Positions 27,738 to 37,416 of a stretch of 64,000 nt of DNA are shown here, in pieces; within the stretch, counting starts at the first letter, position 1; the number at the start of each line of letters is the position of its first letter. A model generated the notes under the pieces. That model worked only from the letters and a program-made list of their open reading frames with translations. It was not told where the DNA came from and ran no database searches. This stretch comes from Spirochaetia bacterium. Its GTDB lineage: Bacteria > Spirochaetota > Spirochaetia > SZUA-6 > Bin103. A program made the position numbers and the translations under genes. The stretch spans positions 2,464,001-2,528,000 of the forward strand of contig OZ241907.1 in NCBI GenBank assembly GCA_965203515.1, in the 5' to 3' direction.

Positions 27738-28964
27738 TCAGCCGTCGCCGGCTGCCCGCTCGGTCACCATCGCCGCGGTGCGGGTCGACAGGCCATAGAG
27801 CTGTATGAAGCCGCTCGCGTCGCCGTGATCGTAGGAGCCGGCCGTGAACGACGCCAGCCCTTCGTCATAGAGGGAGTACGGCGACCGGCGGCCGGCCACC
27901 GTGATCCCGCCCTTGTACAGGGTCAGCGTCACCGCTCCGGTGACGCGCGTACAGACGCGCTGCATGAACGCGTCGAGCGACTCGCGCAACGTGGAGAACC
28001 AGTGGCCGCCGTACACGGCGTCGGCATAGGTCATCGCCAACTGCTGCTTGGCGCGCAGGGCGTCCGCCTCCAGGGTGAGCATCTCCAGCTCGCGCAGCGC
28101 CGCGTAGAGGATCGTGCCGCCGGGCGTCTCATACACGCCGCGGCTCTTCATGCCGACCACCCGCGTCTCCACGACGTCGGCGCGGCCGATGCCGTGCTCG
28201 GCGCCCAGCTCGTTGAGCCGCCGCACCAACTCGACGGCGCCGTGCGGCCGGCCGTCCAGCGTCACGGGGACGCCGCGCACGAACTCGACGGTGACCGCCT
28301 GTTCCCGGTCGGGAGCGGCCGCCGGCGAGACCGAGCGCTGGAACAGCGCCTCCTGCGGGCGCCGGCCGGCGTCCTCCAGGTCGCCGCCTTCGTGGCTGAG
28401 ATGCCAGACGTTGTCGTCCCGCGAATAGATGTTGCGCCGCGAGATGCCGGCCAAGTCGATCCCGCGGCGCTCCGCGTAGGCGATCGCGTCCTCGCGCGAG
28501 CGGATGTCCCACAGACGCCACGGCGCGATGATCGACAGATCGGGCGCGAGCGCCCGATAGGCCAACTCGAACCGCACTTGATCGTTGCCCTTGCCGGTGC
28601 AGCCGTGGGCAAGCGCGTCGGCTCCCTCGGCCCGCGCCGCCTCGACCTGTACCTTGGCCTGCAGCGGGCGGGCCGCGGAGGTGCCGAGCAAGTACTTCCC
28701 CTCGTAGACCGCTCCTGCGCGCAGCATCGGGAACAGATACTCCTCCACGAACTCGCGCCGCACGTCGCGCAGGATCAGCTTGACGGCGCCGGACGCGGAC
28801 GCCCGCGCCTGCAGCCCGGACAAATCGTCGGACTGTCCCACGTCCGCGCAGACCGCCACCACCTCCGCGCCCGGATAGCGTTCCTTGAGCCACGGGATGA
28901 TGATCGAGGTGTCGAGCCCTCCGGAATAGGCAAGGGCGATCCGTTTCACGTCGGCCGGTGCCAT
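27738..28964 (-). CDS. argG: Argininosuccinate synthase
   Basis: LAYSGGLDTS, YLLGTS.ARP, HGCTGKGNDQVRFE, KSRGVYETPGG. Alternative GTG start at 28973. Confidence 0.97.
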   Translation of the reverse strand: MAPADVKRIALAYSGGLDTSIIIPWLKERYPGAEVVAVCADVGQSDDLSGLQARASASGAVKLILRDVRREFVEEYLFPMLRAGAVYEGKYLLGTSAARPLQAKVQVEAARAEGADALAHGCTGKGNDQVRFELAYRALAPDLSIIAPWRLWDIRSREDAIAYAERRGIDLAGISRRNIYSRDDNVWHLSHEGGDLEDAGRRPQEALFQRSVSPAAAPDREQAVTVEFVRGVPVTLDGRPHGAVELVRRLNELGAEHGIGRADVVETRVVGMKSRGVYETPGGTILYAALRELEMLTLEADALRAKQQLAMTYADAVYGGHWFSTLRESLDAFMQRVCTRVTGAVTLTLYKGGITVAGRRSPYSLYDEGLASFTAGSYDHGDASGFIQLYGLSTRTAAMVTERAAGDG

Positions 28965-28969
28965 TGACT

Positions 28970-30196
28970 TCACTCCTGCCGCTGCAGCCCGGACAGCGCC
29001 GCGTCGATGCGGCGCAGCCCTTCGGCCAGCTCGGCGGCCGAGATCACCAGCGGCGGCGCGATGCGCATCACGTCCTCGCCCGAGCGCAGCGCCAGCACCC
29101 CGGCGGACCGCAGCGCGGCCGCCAGCGCCTGAATGCGGGGCTGGTCACCGGCCGGCCCGCCGACGGTGCCGGGAACGTGCACGCCGCGCAGCATGCCGGC
29201 GCCGACCACCGGTCCCAGCCGGTGCGCCTCGCGCAGCGACTCCAAACCCTGTCGCAACTGCTCGCCGCGCTCGCGGACCGCGGCCAGGAACGCCGGGTCG
29301 GTGAGTACGTCGAACACGTGCGATGCCAGCGCGCACGTCACCGGTCCGCCGCCGAACGTGGTGCCGTGCTCGCCGAAGTGCAGCCGGTCGTTCACCGCCG
29401 CCGGCAACAGCACCGCCGCCAGGGGCAGACCGCCCGCCAGCGGCTTGGCCAAGGTGATGATGTCCGGCTCGAGCCCGATGCCGTCGGAGGCGAACAGGCG
29501 GCCGCAGCGTCCCAGGCCGGTCTGCACCTCGTCGGCGATCAGGATGACGTCGTGCTCGGCGCAGCCGGCGTTGAGCGCCGCGGCGAACTCCGGCGTCATG
29601 ACCGCCAGCCCCCCCTCGCCCTGCACCACCTCGACGATGACGGCCGCGAAGGCGCCGTCGAGCTTCGCGCGCAGCGCGTCGACGTCGTTGTAGGGGGCTA
29701 CCTCGACACCTGGCAGCATCGGCCGGAACGGCTCCTGATACTTGGGCGACGGCGTGCAGGCCAGCGCGCCGTAGGTCCGCCCGTGGAACGCGCCGGTGAA
29801 CGCGAGTATCTTGTGGCGCTCGACGTTGTCGGCGCCGCGATGGGCATACATGCGCGCGAACTTGATGGCCGACTCGTTCGCCTCCGCGCCGCTGTTCATG
29901 TACTGCACGGCCGCGAAGCGGTCGCCGGTCAGCTTCCCGGCAAGCTCCAGGGCCGGTCCGGTGGTGTACAGGTTGGAGACGTGCACGAGCTTGCGCATCT
30001 GCGCGGCGGCGACGTCCGCCAGGTCGTCGCGCCCGTAGCCGAGCGCGTTCACGGCGATGCCGGCGCCCAGGTCGAGGTAGCTCTTGCCGGCGGCGTCGGT
30101 GAGACGGCAGCCGGAGCCGCGGTCCAACAACAGCAGCTCGGCCGAGAAGGCGTTGGGAAACGGATGATCGGTGACGATCGCGTCCTTGATCTGCAT
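28970..30196 (-). CDS. argD: Acetylornithine aminotransferase
   Basis: YLDLGAGIAVNALG, NSGAEANE, FHGRT, DEVQTG.GR, TLAK, HGTTFGG; position in the arg operon. Confidence 0.93.
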   Translation of the reverse strand: MQIKDAIVTDHPFPNAFSAELLLLDRGSGCRLTDAAGKSYLDLGAGIAVNALGYGRDDLADVAAAQMRKLVHVSNLYTTGPALELAGKLTGDRFAAVQYMNSGAEANESAIKFARMYAHRGADNVERHKILAFTGAFHGRTYGALACTPSPKYQEPFRPMLPGVEVAPYNDVDALRAKLDGAFAAVIVEVVQGEGGLAVMTPEFAAALNAGCAEHDVILIADEVQTGLGRCGRLFASDGIGLEPDIITLAKPLAGGLPLAAVLLPAAVNDRLHFGEHGTTFGGGPVTCALASHVFDVLTDPAFLAAVRERGEQLRQGLESLREAHRLGPVVGAGMLRGVHVPGTVGGPAGDQPRIQALAAALRSAGVLALRSGEDVMRIAPPLVISAAELAEGLRRIDAALSGLQRQE

Positions 30197-30198
30197 GG

Positions 30199-31020
30199 TC
30201 AGGTTCTCCTCTGATGCGTGGTGTCGATCGGTGGCACGGCGATCACGGTGCCCCGCGCGCCGTCCAGAAGCTCGCGCAGCGCGCCCGCTGCGTCATAGTC
30301 GCCGACGTGCACGCGGCCGACGCCGGCGGCCACGGCGGCGATCGACGATCTGATCTTGGGGACCATACCGCCGGTGATGGTCCCCGACGCGATCTCTCCA
30401 TCCGCCGCCGCCGGGTCGAGCCGGCGCAGCACCGCCCCGTCCTTGCGGACGCCGTCGACGTCGGAGATGAACAGCAGCGCGTCGGCGTCGATCGCGGTCG
30501 CCACCTGAAAGGCGGCGGTGTCGGCATTGACGTTGACGCCGCCGCCGGTTCCGTCGTCGCAGACCGGACTCACCACCGGCACGTAGCCGGCATCGATCAG
30601 CGTGGCCAGCAGGCGCGTATCGACGCCTTCGATCCGGCCGGTGCGGGTACCGGCCGGCGCCGCTTCCGGACGGGCCGCCAGGGTCGGCCCGTCCGACCCG
30701 CAGATGCCGACCGCGCGCACGCCGGCGGCGCTCAAGGCGCGCACCAGCCGCTTGTTGGCGCTGCCGGCCAGCACCATGTCGACTACCTCCATCTCCGCCG
30801 CGGTGGTCAGCCTGATCCCGGCGTGGAAGCGCGGCTCGTGACCCAGGCGCCGACTCATCGCGGTCACCTCGGCGCCGCCGCCGTGCACGACGATCACCCG
30901 CCATGCGCCCGCCAGCGAGCGGAGCTCGGCGGCGAAGACGCTACGGAGCGCCGCTTCCTCCAACGCGCGGCCGCCCAGCTTGATCACGGCGGTCGGCGCG
31001 CGCGCGCCGGCGCCGGTCAC
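30199..31020 (-). CDS. argB: Acetylglutamate kinase
   Basis: VIKLGG, VHGGG, G.RLT, NVNAD.AA, SDVDGV, GGMVPK; GTGA overlap with the argC stop. Confidence 0.93.
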   Translation of the reverse strand: MTGAGARAPTAVIKLGGRALEEAALRSVFAAELRSLAGAWRVIVVHGGGAEVTAMSRRLGHEPRFHAGIRLTTAAEMEVVDMVLAGSANKRLVRALSAAGVRAVGICGSDGPTLAARPEAAPAGTRTGRIEGVDTRLLATLIDAGYVPVVSPVCDDGTGGGVNVNADTAAFQVATAIDADALLFISDVDGVRKDGAVLRRLDPAAADGEIASGTITGGMVPKIRSSIAAVAAGVGRVHVGDYDAAGALRELLDGARGTVIAVPPIDTTHQRRT

Positions 31021-32048
31021 GGGGTACCGTGCACCGGCAGGCCGCGCGTCTCCGGCAGTCCCATGCGCAGGTTCATGGCCTGCACCGCCTGCCCGGCGGC
31101 CCCCTTGACCAGGTTGTCCAGCGCCGCGAACAGCAGGACCATGCCGCCGTCGACCCGCCAGGCGACGTCGCAGCGGTTCGATCCCCACACCGCCCCGGTG
31201 GCCGGCAGCCGGCCGGTCAGCAGCCGCACGAACGGCGCGTCCGCGTACGCGGCCTGCAGCGCGTCCCTCACCGCCTCCGCGTCGGCTCCCGCCGCGGCCG
31301 GGGCGGTGACGGTGGCGGCGATGCCGCGCTTCATGGGCGCCGTGTGCGGCGTGAACCAGAGCGAAGCGCCGGGGCGCACCGCCTCCATCTCCTGGACCAT
31401 CTCCGGTACGTGCCGGTGGCTGGTGCCCGGGTTGTAGGCGGCGGCGGTCTCGCTGCGGTCGCAGAAGGTCCACGCGGCGTCCGCCTTGCGGCCGGCGCCG
31501 GACAGCCCGGTGACGGCGCAGGCGACGATCGGGGCGCGCACCAGACCGGCCGCCAGGACCGGCAGCAGCGGCAGCAGGACCGCAGTGGGAAAGCAGCCCG
31601 GACTGGCGATCAGGTCGGCCGACCGGAGCCGATCGCGGTACCGTTCCGGCAGTCCGTACACGGCGCCGCCGAGCAGGTCGGGCCGTGCCGGCGGCTCACC
31701 ATAGGCGGCGGCGAACCGTTCGGGATCGGCGATGCGGAAGTCGGCCGACAGGTCGACCACGACCGAACGGCCCAGAAACGGCGCGAGCGTCCGCGCCGAC
31801 TGCAGGTGCGGCAGCGCGGAGAAGACCACGTCGCTGTCGGCTGCCGCGGCCGCCTCGACGGAGATCAGCGCGCCGCCGGGTACCGACGCCAACCCGCGCG
31901 GCGAGAGCTCGGGCACCGCCTCCGCGACCGGCGCGCCCGACCGGGAGCCGGACGCCAGATGCAGCGTCCGGACGTCCGGGTGCTCCGCCAGCAGGCGCGC
32001 CAGCGTCGATCCGGCATAGCCGGTCGCGCCCAACACCGTCGCCGTCAC
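31017..32048 (-). CDS. argC: N-acetyl-gamma-glutamyl-phosphate reductase
   Basis: VLGATGYAG, ALPH, DLSADFR, PGCFPT, SGAGR, HRHVPEM, DNLVKGAAGQAVQ. Confidence 0.96.
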   Translation of the reverse strand: MTATVLGATGYAGSTLARLLAEHPDVRTLHLASGSRSGAPVAEAVPELSPRGLASVPGGALISVEAAAAADSDVVFSALPHLQSARTLAPFLGRSVVVDLSADFRIADPERFAAAYGEPPARPDLLGGAVYGLPERYRDRLRSADLIASPGCFPTAVLLPLLPVLAAGLVRAPIVACAVTGLSGAGRKADAAWTFCDRSETAAAYNPGTSHRHVPEMVQEMEAVRPGASLWFTPHTAPMKRGIAATVTAPAAAGADAEAVRDALQAAYADAPFVRLLTGRLPATGAVWGSNRCDVAWRVDGGMVLLFAALDNLVKGAAGQAVQAMNLRMGLPETRGLPVHGTP

Positions 32049-32524
32049 CGCGACAACCCCGCCACACCCGGCACCACCGCGCCCAGACTGCGCAGGCACT
32101 GATCGCGGTCGACGCCCTCGCGCAGCACCGCCAGGACGGTGTCGTCACCGGCAATCGTGCCGGCCAACTCGTCGATCGGCAGGTTGTCGAGGGCGCGCGC
32201 CACGCTGCCGGCGTGTCCCGGCAGGGTGCGCACCACCAGCAGGTTGCCGGAGAAGATCAGCTCCACCAGTCCGCTCTTGATGTCGTTCACCAGCCCGGAA
32301 AACGATCCCGCCATCGGCTCCGCCTCCGCGAATCCGTAGCGGTAGCCGTGCGCGCCGTCCGGCACGCGCGCCACGCGCAGGTCGCGCAGATCGCGCGAGA
32401 GGGTCGACTGCGTCACCGTGAAGCCGTCGCGCGCCAGCGCCGCCAGCAGCTCTTCCTGCTGCGCGGTGCCGCCGCGGCTGATGATCCTGCGAATCGCCGC
32501 CAACCTGAGCCTCCGGTCCCGCAT
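32045..32524 (-). CDS. argR: Arginine repressor
   Basis: QEELL..L...G..VTQSTLSRDL, RTLPGHA, GTIAGDDT. Confidence 0.96.
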   Translation of the reverse strand: MRDRRLRLAAIRRIISRGGTAQQEELLAALARDGFTVTQSTLSRDLRDLRVARVPDGAHGYRYGFAEAEPMAGSFSGLVNDIKSGLVELIFSGNLLVVRTLPGHAGSVARALDNLPIDELAGTIAGDDTVLAVLREGVDRDQCLRSLGAVVPGVAGLSR

Positions 32525-32548
32525 GGCATATTCATGCATGACATTGCA
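32525..32548 (-). promoter_or_regulatory. Two overlapping ARG-box-like operators
   Basis: TGCAA-N4-ATGCA (32535-32548) and TGCAT-N4-ATGCC (32525-32538) sit directly before the argR ATG; TTGACA on the minus strand at 32554-32559. Confidence 0.7.
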
Positions 32549-32617
32549 ATCCCTGTCAACGATGCCGTGCCGCCGCGGGGCATGACCGGCGGACCGGTAA
32601 TCGGATAGCGTCAAGCC

Positions 32618-33727
32618 ATGCCGTTCGATCCCTATCGGCGGGCCAACCCGTCGGTGCTCGACATCGCCCCGTACGTTCCCGGCAAGTCTCTGGAAGAGGC
32701 GATCGAAGAGGCCGGCAGGGACGACGTGATCAAGCTGGCCTCCAACGAGAACCCGCTGGGCGCTTCTCCGGCCGCGGTCGAAGCGATCGGCGCCGCGCTC
32801 GGCGGCGCCCACCGGTACGTGGAGTCGAGCGCGAGGCGGGTGCGCGGGCGGTTCGCGGCGATGCTGGACCTGACCCCGGGCCATCTGATCGCCGGCAACG
32901 GCTCCGATGCGCTGCTGCTGGCGGTGGCGATGGCGTTCCTCGACCGGGAAGACGAGGTGATCGTGCCGGAGATCACCTTCAGCATGTACGAGATCGTCGC
33001 CCGGACGATGGGCGCTCGCGTCGTACGGTCGGCCATGGACGGCATGGCGATCGACGTGGACGCGATCCTGAGCAAGGTCTCGGCGGCGACCAAGGCGGTC
33101 TTCCTCTGCAACCCCAACAATCCCACCGGCACGTTGATCGACCGCCGACGCTTTGCCGAGCTGCTGGACGCGCTGCCGGATGAGGTGCTGCTGATCCACG
33201 ACGAGGCGTACGCCGACTTCGCCGATCCGGCGCTGCGGCCGGACACCGCCGCTCTGGTGCGCGGCGGCGCGGCGAACCTGCTGGCGGTCCGCACGTTCTC
33301 CAAGAGCCACGGCCTGGCCGGGGTGCGCTTTGGCTTTGCCTACGGCGATCCGCGGGCGATCGAGCTGATGCACCGGGTACGCCCGCCGTTCGATCTGTCG
33401 ATCGTGGCGCAGGCGGCCGGCTTGGCGGCGGCCGGAGACGATGGGTTCCGACGGCTCACGCTGCAGGTCAACCGCGATGGCAAGGAGCAGCTCGCCGCCG
33501 GCTTCCACGCCTTGGGACTGCCGTTCGTGCCCACGCACACCAACTTCATCATGGTGCGCGTCGGCGACCGGGCGCCGGCGGTGGCCGACTCCCTGCTGCG
33601 CCGCGGCGTGGTGGTGCGCTGCTGGACCCGGCCCGCCGCGCTTGCACCGTGGCTGCGGATCACGATCGGCACCGCGGCGGACAACCGCGTGCTGCTGGAC
33701 GGGTTGGCCGATGCGCCGGCCGGCTAG
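32618..33727 (+). CDS. hisC: Histidinol-phosphate aminotransferase
   Basis: YVPGK, IKLASNENPLG, GNGSD, CNPNNPTG, DEAY, RTFSK..GLAG.R. Confidence 0.92.
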   Translation: MPFDPYRRANPSVLDIAPYVPGKSLEEAIEEAGRDDVIKLASNENPLGASPAAVEAIGAALGGAHRYVESSARRVRGRFAAMLDLTPGHLIAGNGSDALLLAVAMAFLDREDEVIVPEITFSMYEIVARTMGARVVRSAMDGMAIDVDAILSKVSAATKAVFLCNPNNPTGTLIDRRRFAELLDALPDEVLLIHDEAYADFADPALRPDTAALVRGGAANLLAVRTFSKSHGLAGVRFGFAYGDPRAIELMHRVRPPFDLSIVAQAAGLAAAGDDGFRRLTLQVNRDGKEQLAAGFHALGLPFVPTHTNFIMVRVGDRAPAVADSLLRRGVVVRCWTRPAALAPWLRITIGTAADNRVLLDGLADAPAG

Positions 33728-33779
33728 CGAAAGCGGCGCCGGCGGGCGGCGCGGGGGCGGTCGCGCCGCGCCGCTCGCC

Positions 33780-34451
33780 ATGATCGTCCTGGGTCCGCTC
33801 TGCCTGCTGGCCGCGTGCGAGGTCGCCGCCCCCGAGGCGCACGAGCTGTTCTGGAAGCGCGTGGCGTTCGAGGATCTGCGCCTGGGACGCACCTACGAGA
33901 CCCTGACGGTGTTCGCGCGGGTGAGCGACGCCGACGGACTGGAGGATCTTGCCACCCTGTTCGTGATGAACGACCAGGCGCAACTGTTCTGGCGGCTGAC
34001 GCCGCAGGACTGGGTGATCGATCGATCCGGCGCCGGCTCCGGCGCCGGCGTCTGGATCGGGTCGACGGCGCTGGCGATGCCCGCGGACGAGCCGGTGCCG
34101 GCCGGCGTCTACCGGGTGATCGTGCAGGACGTCGCCGGCCAGATCGCCGAGGTCAGCTTCCGGATCGCCGGGAGCGCCGGCGGCGCGGCGCGACAGCGGG
34201 CGGAGGCGATCGACGTCACGATCGAGGCGGACGAGCTTGCCGTCTCCGGTCCGTTCGCGGCGTATGAGGTATGGCTGTACGGAGACACCGGGACCCGCGT
34301 GGCGGCGGCGGCGTTTGCGGAGCGCATCGACCTGGAGTCGGCGCTGCCGGCCGAGACCCGCGCCGACGAGTTGCTGGCGTACGTCTACGCAGCCCCGCCG
34401 GACGACCCGGCCGGCTACCTGAGCGGTCCCTACGTCTGGCGGCGCAGCTGA
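33780..34451 (+). CDS. Hypothetical lipoprotein
   Basis: Hydrophobic leader with lipobox LAAC; DADGLEDL motif. Start position uncertain. Confidence 0.6.
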   Translation: MIVLGPLCLLAACEVAAPEAHELFWKRVAFEDLRLGRTYETLTVFARVSDADGLEDLATLFVMNDQAQLFWRLTPQDWVIDRSGAGSGAGVWIGSTALAMPADEPVPAGVYRVIVQDVAGQIAEVSFRIAGSAGGAARQRAEAIDVTIEADELAVSGPFAAYEVWLYGDTGTRVAAAAFAERIDLESALPAETRADELLAYVYAAPPDDPAGYLSGPYVWRRS

Positions 34452-34495
34452 GCGGCGCCGCCGGCCCGCGCTGACGCGCGCGGGGTCAGCCCGAA

Positions 34496-34568
34496 TGCCG
34501 CCGAACAGAATCGAACTGTTGACACAGGGATTTTCAGTCCCTTGCTCTACCAACTGAGCTACAGCGGC
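34496..34568 (-). tRNA. tRNA-Phe(GAA), CCA not encoded
   Basis: GCCGCTG...TAGCTCAGTTGGTAGAGC, anticodon loop CTGAAAA, GTTCGATT; 73 nt. Confidence 0.96.
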
Positions 34569-34618
34569 GCCGACGAGATTATTATCATCATTGCGGATCG
34601 CAGACAATAGCGCCAGCC

Positions 34619-35614
34619 ATGCCCGCTCACGTTTCCCACCTGCTGTTCGCCGAGGAGGCGGTTCGGCGCCTCGGTCCCGGCGGCGAGCGGCTGCTCGCCG
34701 CGGCGGGCAACGCCCTGCGGCTCGGCGCACAGGGGCCGGACCTGTTCTACCACGCCCGGCGGACGCGGCCGCACGGGTTCCGCTTCGGGCCGCTGATGCA
34801 CCGCGCCCGCTTCGGCAGCCTGGTCGCGGCTTTCCTGCGGCACGCACCGCCGGCGACCGAGCACGCGGCGTTCGCCGCCGGCATGGCCACGCACGCGGCG
34901 CTGGATCGCTGCTGGCACCCGTACGTCGTCTACCATGCCGGCTGGGTGGTGCCGTCGGACCCGGCCACGCGGCGCCTGCGGCACTGCCACGCCTTCCTGG
35001 AGCGCGTGCTGGACGTGCTGCTGGCCGAACGGCTGCGCGGCGGCATGGCGCGGATCGACTTCTTTTCCGGCGTGCGCCTGGGCGGGGAGCTGCCGGCCGG
35101 CCTGCGGGCCGGGCTGGTGGCGGCGATCGCCGAGGTCTACCCGCGCGCCCACGACCCGGCCACCGACCCGGCGCGCGTCGCCAACGCCTACCGCGACGCG
35201 CTGCGCTTCTTCGCCGCCACCGACCCGCGCCATCCGGGGTTCCGGCGCCGGGCGCGGGAGATGGAGCGCCGCGAAGGGGCCGGCCGGCGCCGGCTGGCGC
35301 TCTTCCATCCGGCCGTGATCGACCGATCCGTCGATTGGGCCAACGAATCGCACCGCCAGTGGCGCCATCCCTGCGACGCCGCCGACGTGTCGACCGCCAG
35401 CGTCTTCGACCTGTTCGAGCAGGCGCTGCGGGAGGTCGACCCGATGCTGAGGGCGGTGCTCGCCGCCGCGCAACGCCGCACCGGCTTTGCCGCCGCCGCG
35501 CAGGCGGTGGGCGACCACGGCATGAACCTCACCCGGAACGGCTGCCGCTGCGCCCCATCGATCTGCGACCCGCTGCCGGTCGCCGATCTGTTGGACGCCC
35601 AGTACCGGGAATAG
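34619..35614 (+). CDS. Zinc-dependent phospholipase C family protein
   Basis: MP...SH, LGAQGPDLFY, THAALD...HPYV, H..LE..LD. Confidence 0.75.
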   Translation: MPAHVSHLLFAEEAVRRLGPGGERLLAAAGNALRLGAQGPDLFYHARRTRPHGFRFGPLMHRARFGSLVAAFLRHAPPATEHAAFAAGMATHAALDRCWHPYVVYHAGWVVPSDPATRRLRHCHAFLERVLDVLLAERLRGGMARIDFFSGVRLGGELPAGLRAGLVAAIAEVYPRAHDPATDPARVANAYRDALRFFAATDPRHPGFRRRAREMERREGAGRRRLALFHPAVIDRSVDWANESHRQWRHPCDAADVSTASVFDLFEQALREVDPMLRAVLAAAQRRTGFAAAAQAVGDHGMNLTRNGCRCAPSICDPLPVADLLDAQYRE

Positions 35615-35691
35615 CAGTCGCGGGAAGAGCAGTTCGGGGACTGGCACGATTTGACCGCGCGGACGGCGACTGCCTACAGTCGGGCGGTCCC

Positions 35692-36090
35692 GTGAGCACC
35701 CCTTCGGCGGCGCGGGCCGCCCCGCCCCCTCGCCCGCCGACCCGCACGCCGACTCCCGGCGAGCTGGCCCACCGCGCCAAGGACGAAGCGCGCGATGCCG
35801 GCTACGAGCGCGCGGCCCTCTTCCTGCTGCTGATCGACCCGGATGCCGCGGCGGACGTCCTGCGCCAGCTCGACGCTCACGAGATCGAGGAGCTGTGCCG
35901 CGTGATCGTCCGTGTCGACGCCGTCGACGCGCGCGACGCGCGCCGGGTGATGCAGGAGTACGGCGTAAGCGCCGGCGTCCGCTCGACGGCGACCGGGGGC
36001 GCGCCGGCCGCCCGCCGCCTGCTCACCGGCGCCTTTGGCGCCGACCATGCCGAGCGGCTGATGAGCCGCATCGGGACCGAGCGCCCATGA
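35692..36090 (+). CDS. Stand-alone FliG N-terminal-like domain protein
   Basis: RAALFLLLI....AA.VLRQL...EIE.L...I.....VD......VM.EY...GG...ARRLL..AFG...A..LM.RI follows the FliG_N pattern; only about 132 aa. Stop overlaps the asnS start. Confidence 0.65.
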   Translation: MSTPSAARAAPPPRPPTRTPTPGELAHRAKDEARDAGYERAALFLLLIDPDAAADVLRQLDAHEIEELCRVIVRVDAVDARDARRVMQEYGVSAGVRSTATGGAPAARRLLTGAFGADHAERLMSRIGTERP

Positions 36091-37400
36091 CCGGCGGAGC
36101 GCCGCCCCGCGTCGCCATCAGGGACGCAGGCGCCTACGACGGCCGCTCCGTGGAGCTGGCCGGCTGGCTGTACAACGCCCGCTCCAAGGGCCGTATCCTG
36201 TTCCTGCAACTTCGCGACGGCACCGGACGCATCCAGGCGACGGCGATCGACGGGGAGACCGATCCCGAATCGTTCGCGCGCGCGGCCCAGCTCCCGCTCG
36301 AGTCCAGCCTCATCGCGCACGGCACGGTACGCGCGGAACCGCGCGCGGCCGGCGGCTACGAGTTGCACCTGCGCGCCGTGCAGGTCGTGCAGGAGCCGAC
36401 GGCCGAATATCCGATCGCCAACAAGGCGCACGGCGTCGACTTCCTGCTGGCCCACCGCCACCTGTGGCTGCGCTCGCGCCGGCAGGAAGCTCTGATGCGA
36501 CTGCGCGGCGAGGTCCGCACCGCCATGCACGGCTTCTTCGACCGGCGCGGTTTCGTGCTGGTCGACACGCCGATCCTCACCGGCGCGGTGGGCGAGAGCG
36601 CGTCGGCGCTGTTCACGCTGCCCTACTACGACATGGGTGAGGCGCATCTGGCGCAGACCGGCCAGCTCTATCTGGAGGCGGCCTGTCTGGCGCTCGGCCG
36701 GGTGTACAACTTCGGCCCCACGTTCCGCGCGGAGAAGTCGAAGACGCGGCGTCACTTGAGCGAGTTCTGGATGCTGGAGGCGGAGGTCGCCTTCGCCGAC
36801 AGCGACGCGAACATGCGGCTCCAGGAGGAGCTGGTGCTGGCCGTCGTCGAGCACGTACTGGACCGCTGCGCGCCGGAGTTGGCCACCCTGCAGCGCGACA
36901 CCGCGCCGCTGGCGCGGCTCGGTCGGCCGTTTCCGCGCATCGCCTATGAGGAGGCGGTCCGCATCGCGCAGGCTTCGGGCTCCGGCATGCGGCTCGGCGA
37001 CGACCTGGGCGCGGACGAGGAGACGGCGGTCAGTCTCAGCTTCGAACGCCCGGTGTTCGTGACCGACTACCCGCGCGCGGCCAAGGCGTTCTACATGAAG
37101 GGCCATCCCACCGACCCGGCCAAGGTGCTCTGCTCCGACCTGCTGGCGCCGGAGGGGTATGGCGAGATCGCCGGCGGCTCGCAGCGTGAGGACGATCTCG
37201 ACGCGCTGGTCGCCGCGCTGCAGGCGCACGGTCTGGCCGCCGACGCCTACGAGTGGTATCTGGACCTGCGCCGCTTCGGATCGGTGCCGCACGCGGGCTT
37301 CGGCATCGGGTTGGAGCGCACCCTGGCGTGGATCGCCGGCATCCCGCACGTTCGGGAGGCGATCGCATTTCCCCGCACGCTGCAACGGTTGTACCCTTAG
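36087..37400 (+). CDS. asnS: Asparagine--tRNA ligase
   Basis: FLQLRDGTG, RHLWLR, QTGQLYLEA, FRAEKSKTRRHL.EFWM.E.E, GGSQRE, PHAGFGIGLER. Confidence 0.96.
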   Translation: MTGGAPPRVAIRDAGAYDGRSVELAGWLYNARSKGRILFLQLRDGTGRIQATAIDGETDPESFARAAQLPLESSLIAHGTVRAEPRAAGGYELHLRAVQVVQEPTAEYPIANKAHGVDFLLAHRHLWLRSRRQEALMRLRGEVRTAMHGFFDRRGFVLVDTPILTGAVGESASALFTLPYYDMGEAHLAQTGQLYLEAACLALGRVYNFGPTFRAEKSKTRRHLSEFWMLEAEVAFADSDANMRLQEELVLAVVEHVLDRCAPELATLQRDTAPLARLGRPFPRIAYEEAVRIAQASGSGMRLGDDLGADEETAVSLSFERPVFVTDYPRAAKAFYMKGHPTDPAKVLCSDLLAPEGYGEIAGGSQREDDLDALVAALQAHGLAADAYEWYLDLRRFGSVPHAGFGIGLERTLAWIAGIPHVREAIAFPRTLQRLYP

Positions 37401-37416
37401 CAGGGGCACGCGCGGC

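Noticed and set aside
27557..34568. tRNA-Pro and tRNA-Phe as island integration sites
   Set aside because: No duplicated tRNA 3' ends or integrase were noticed, and the flanking genes look like core genes.
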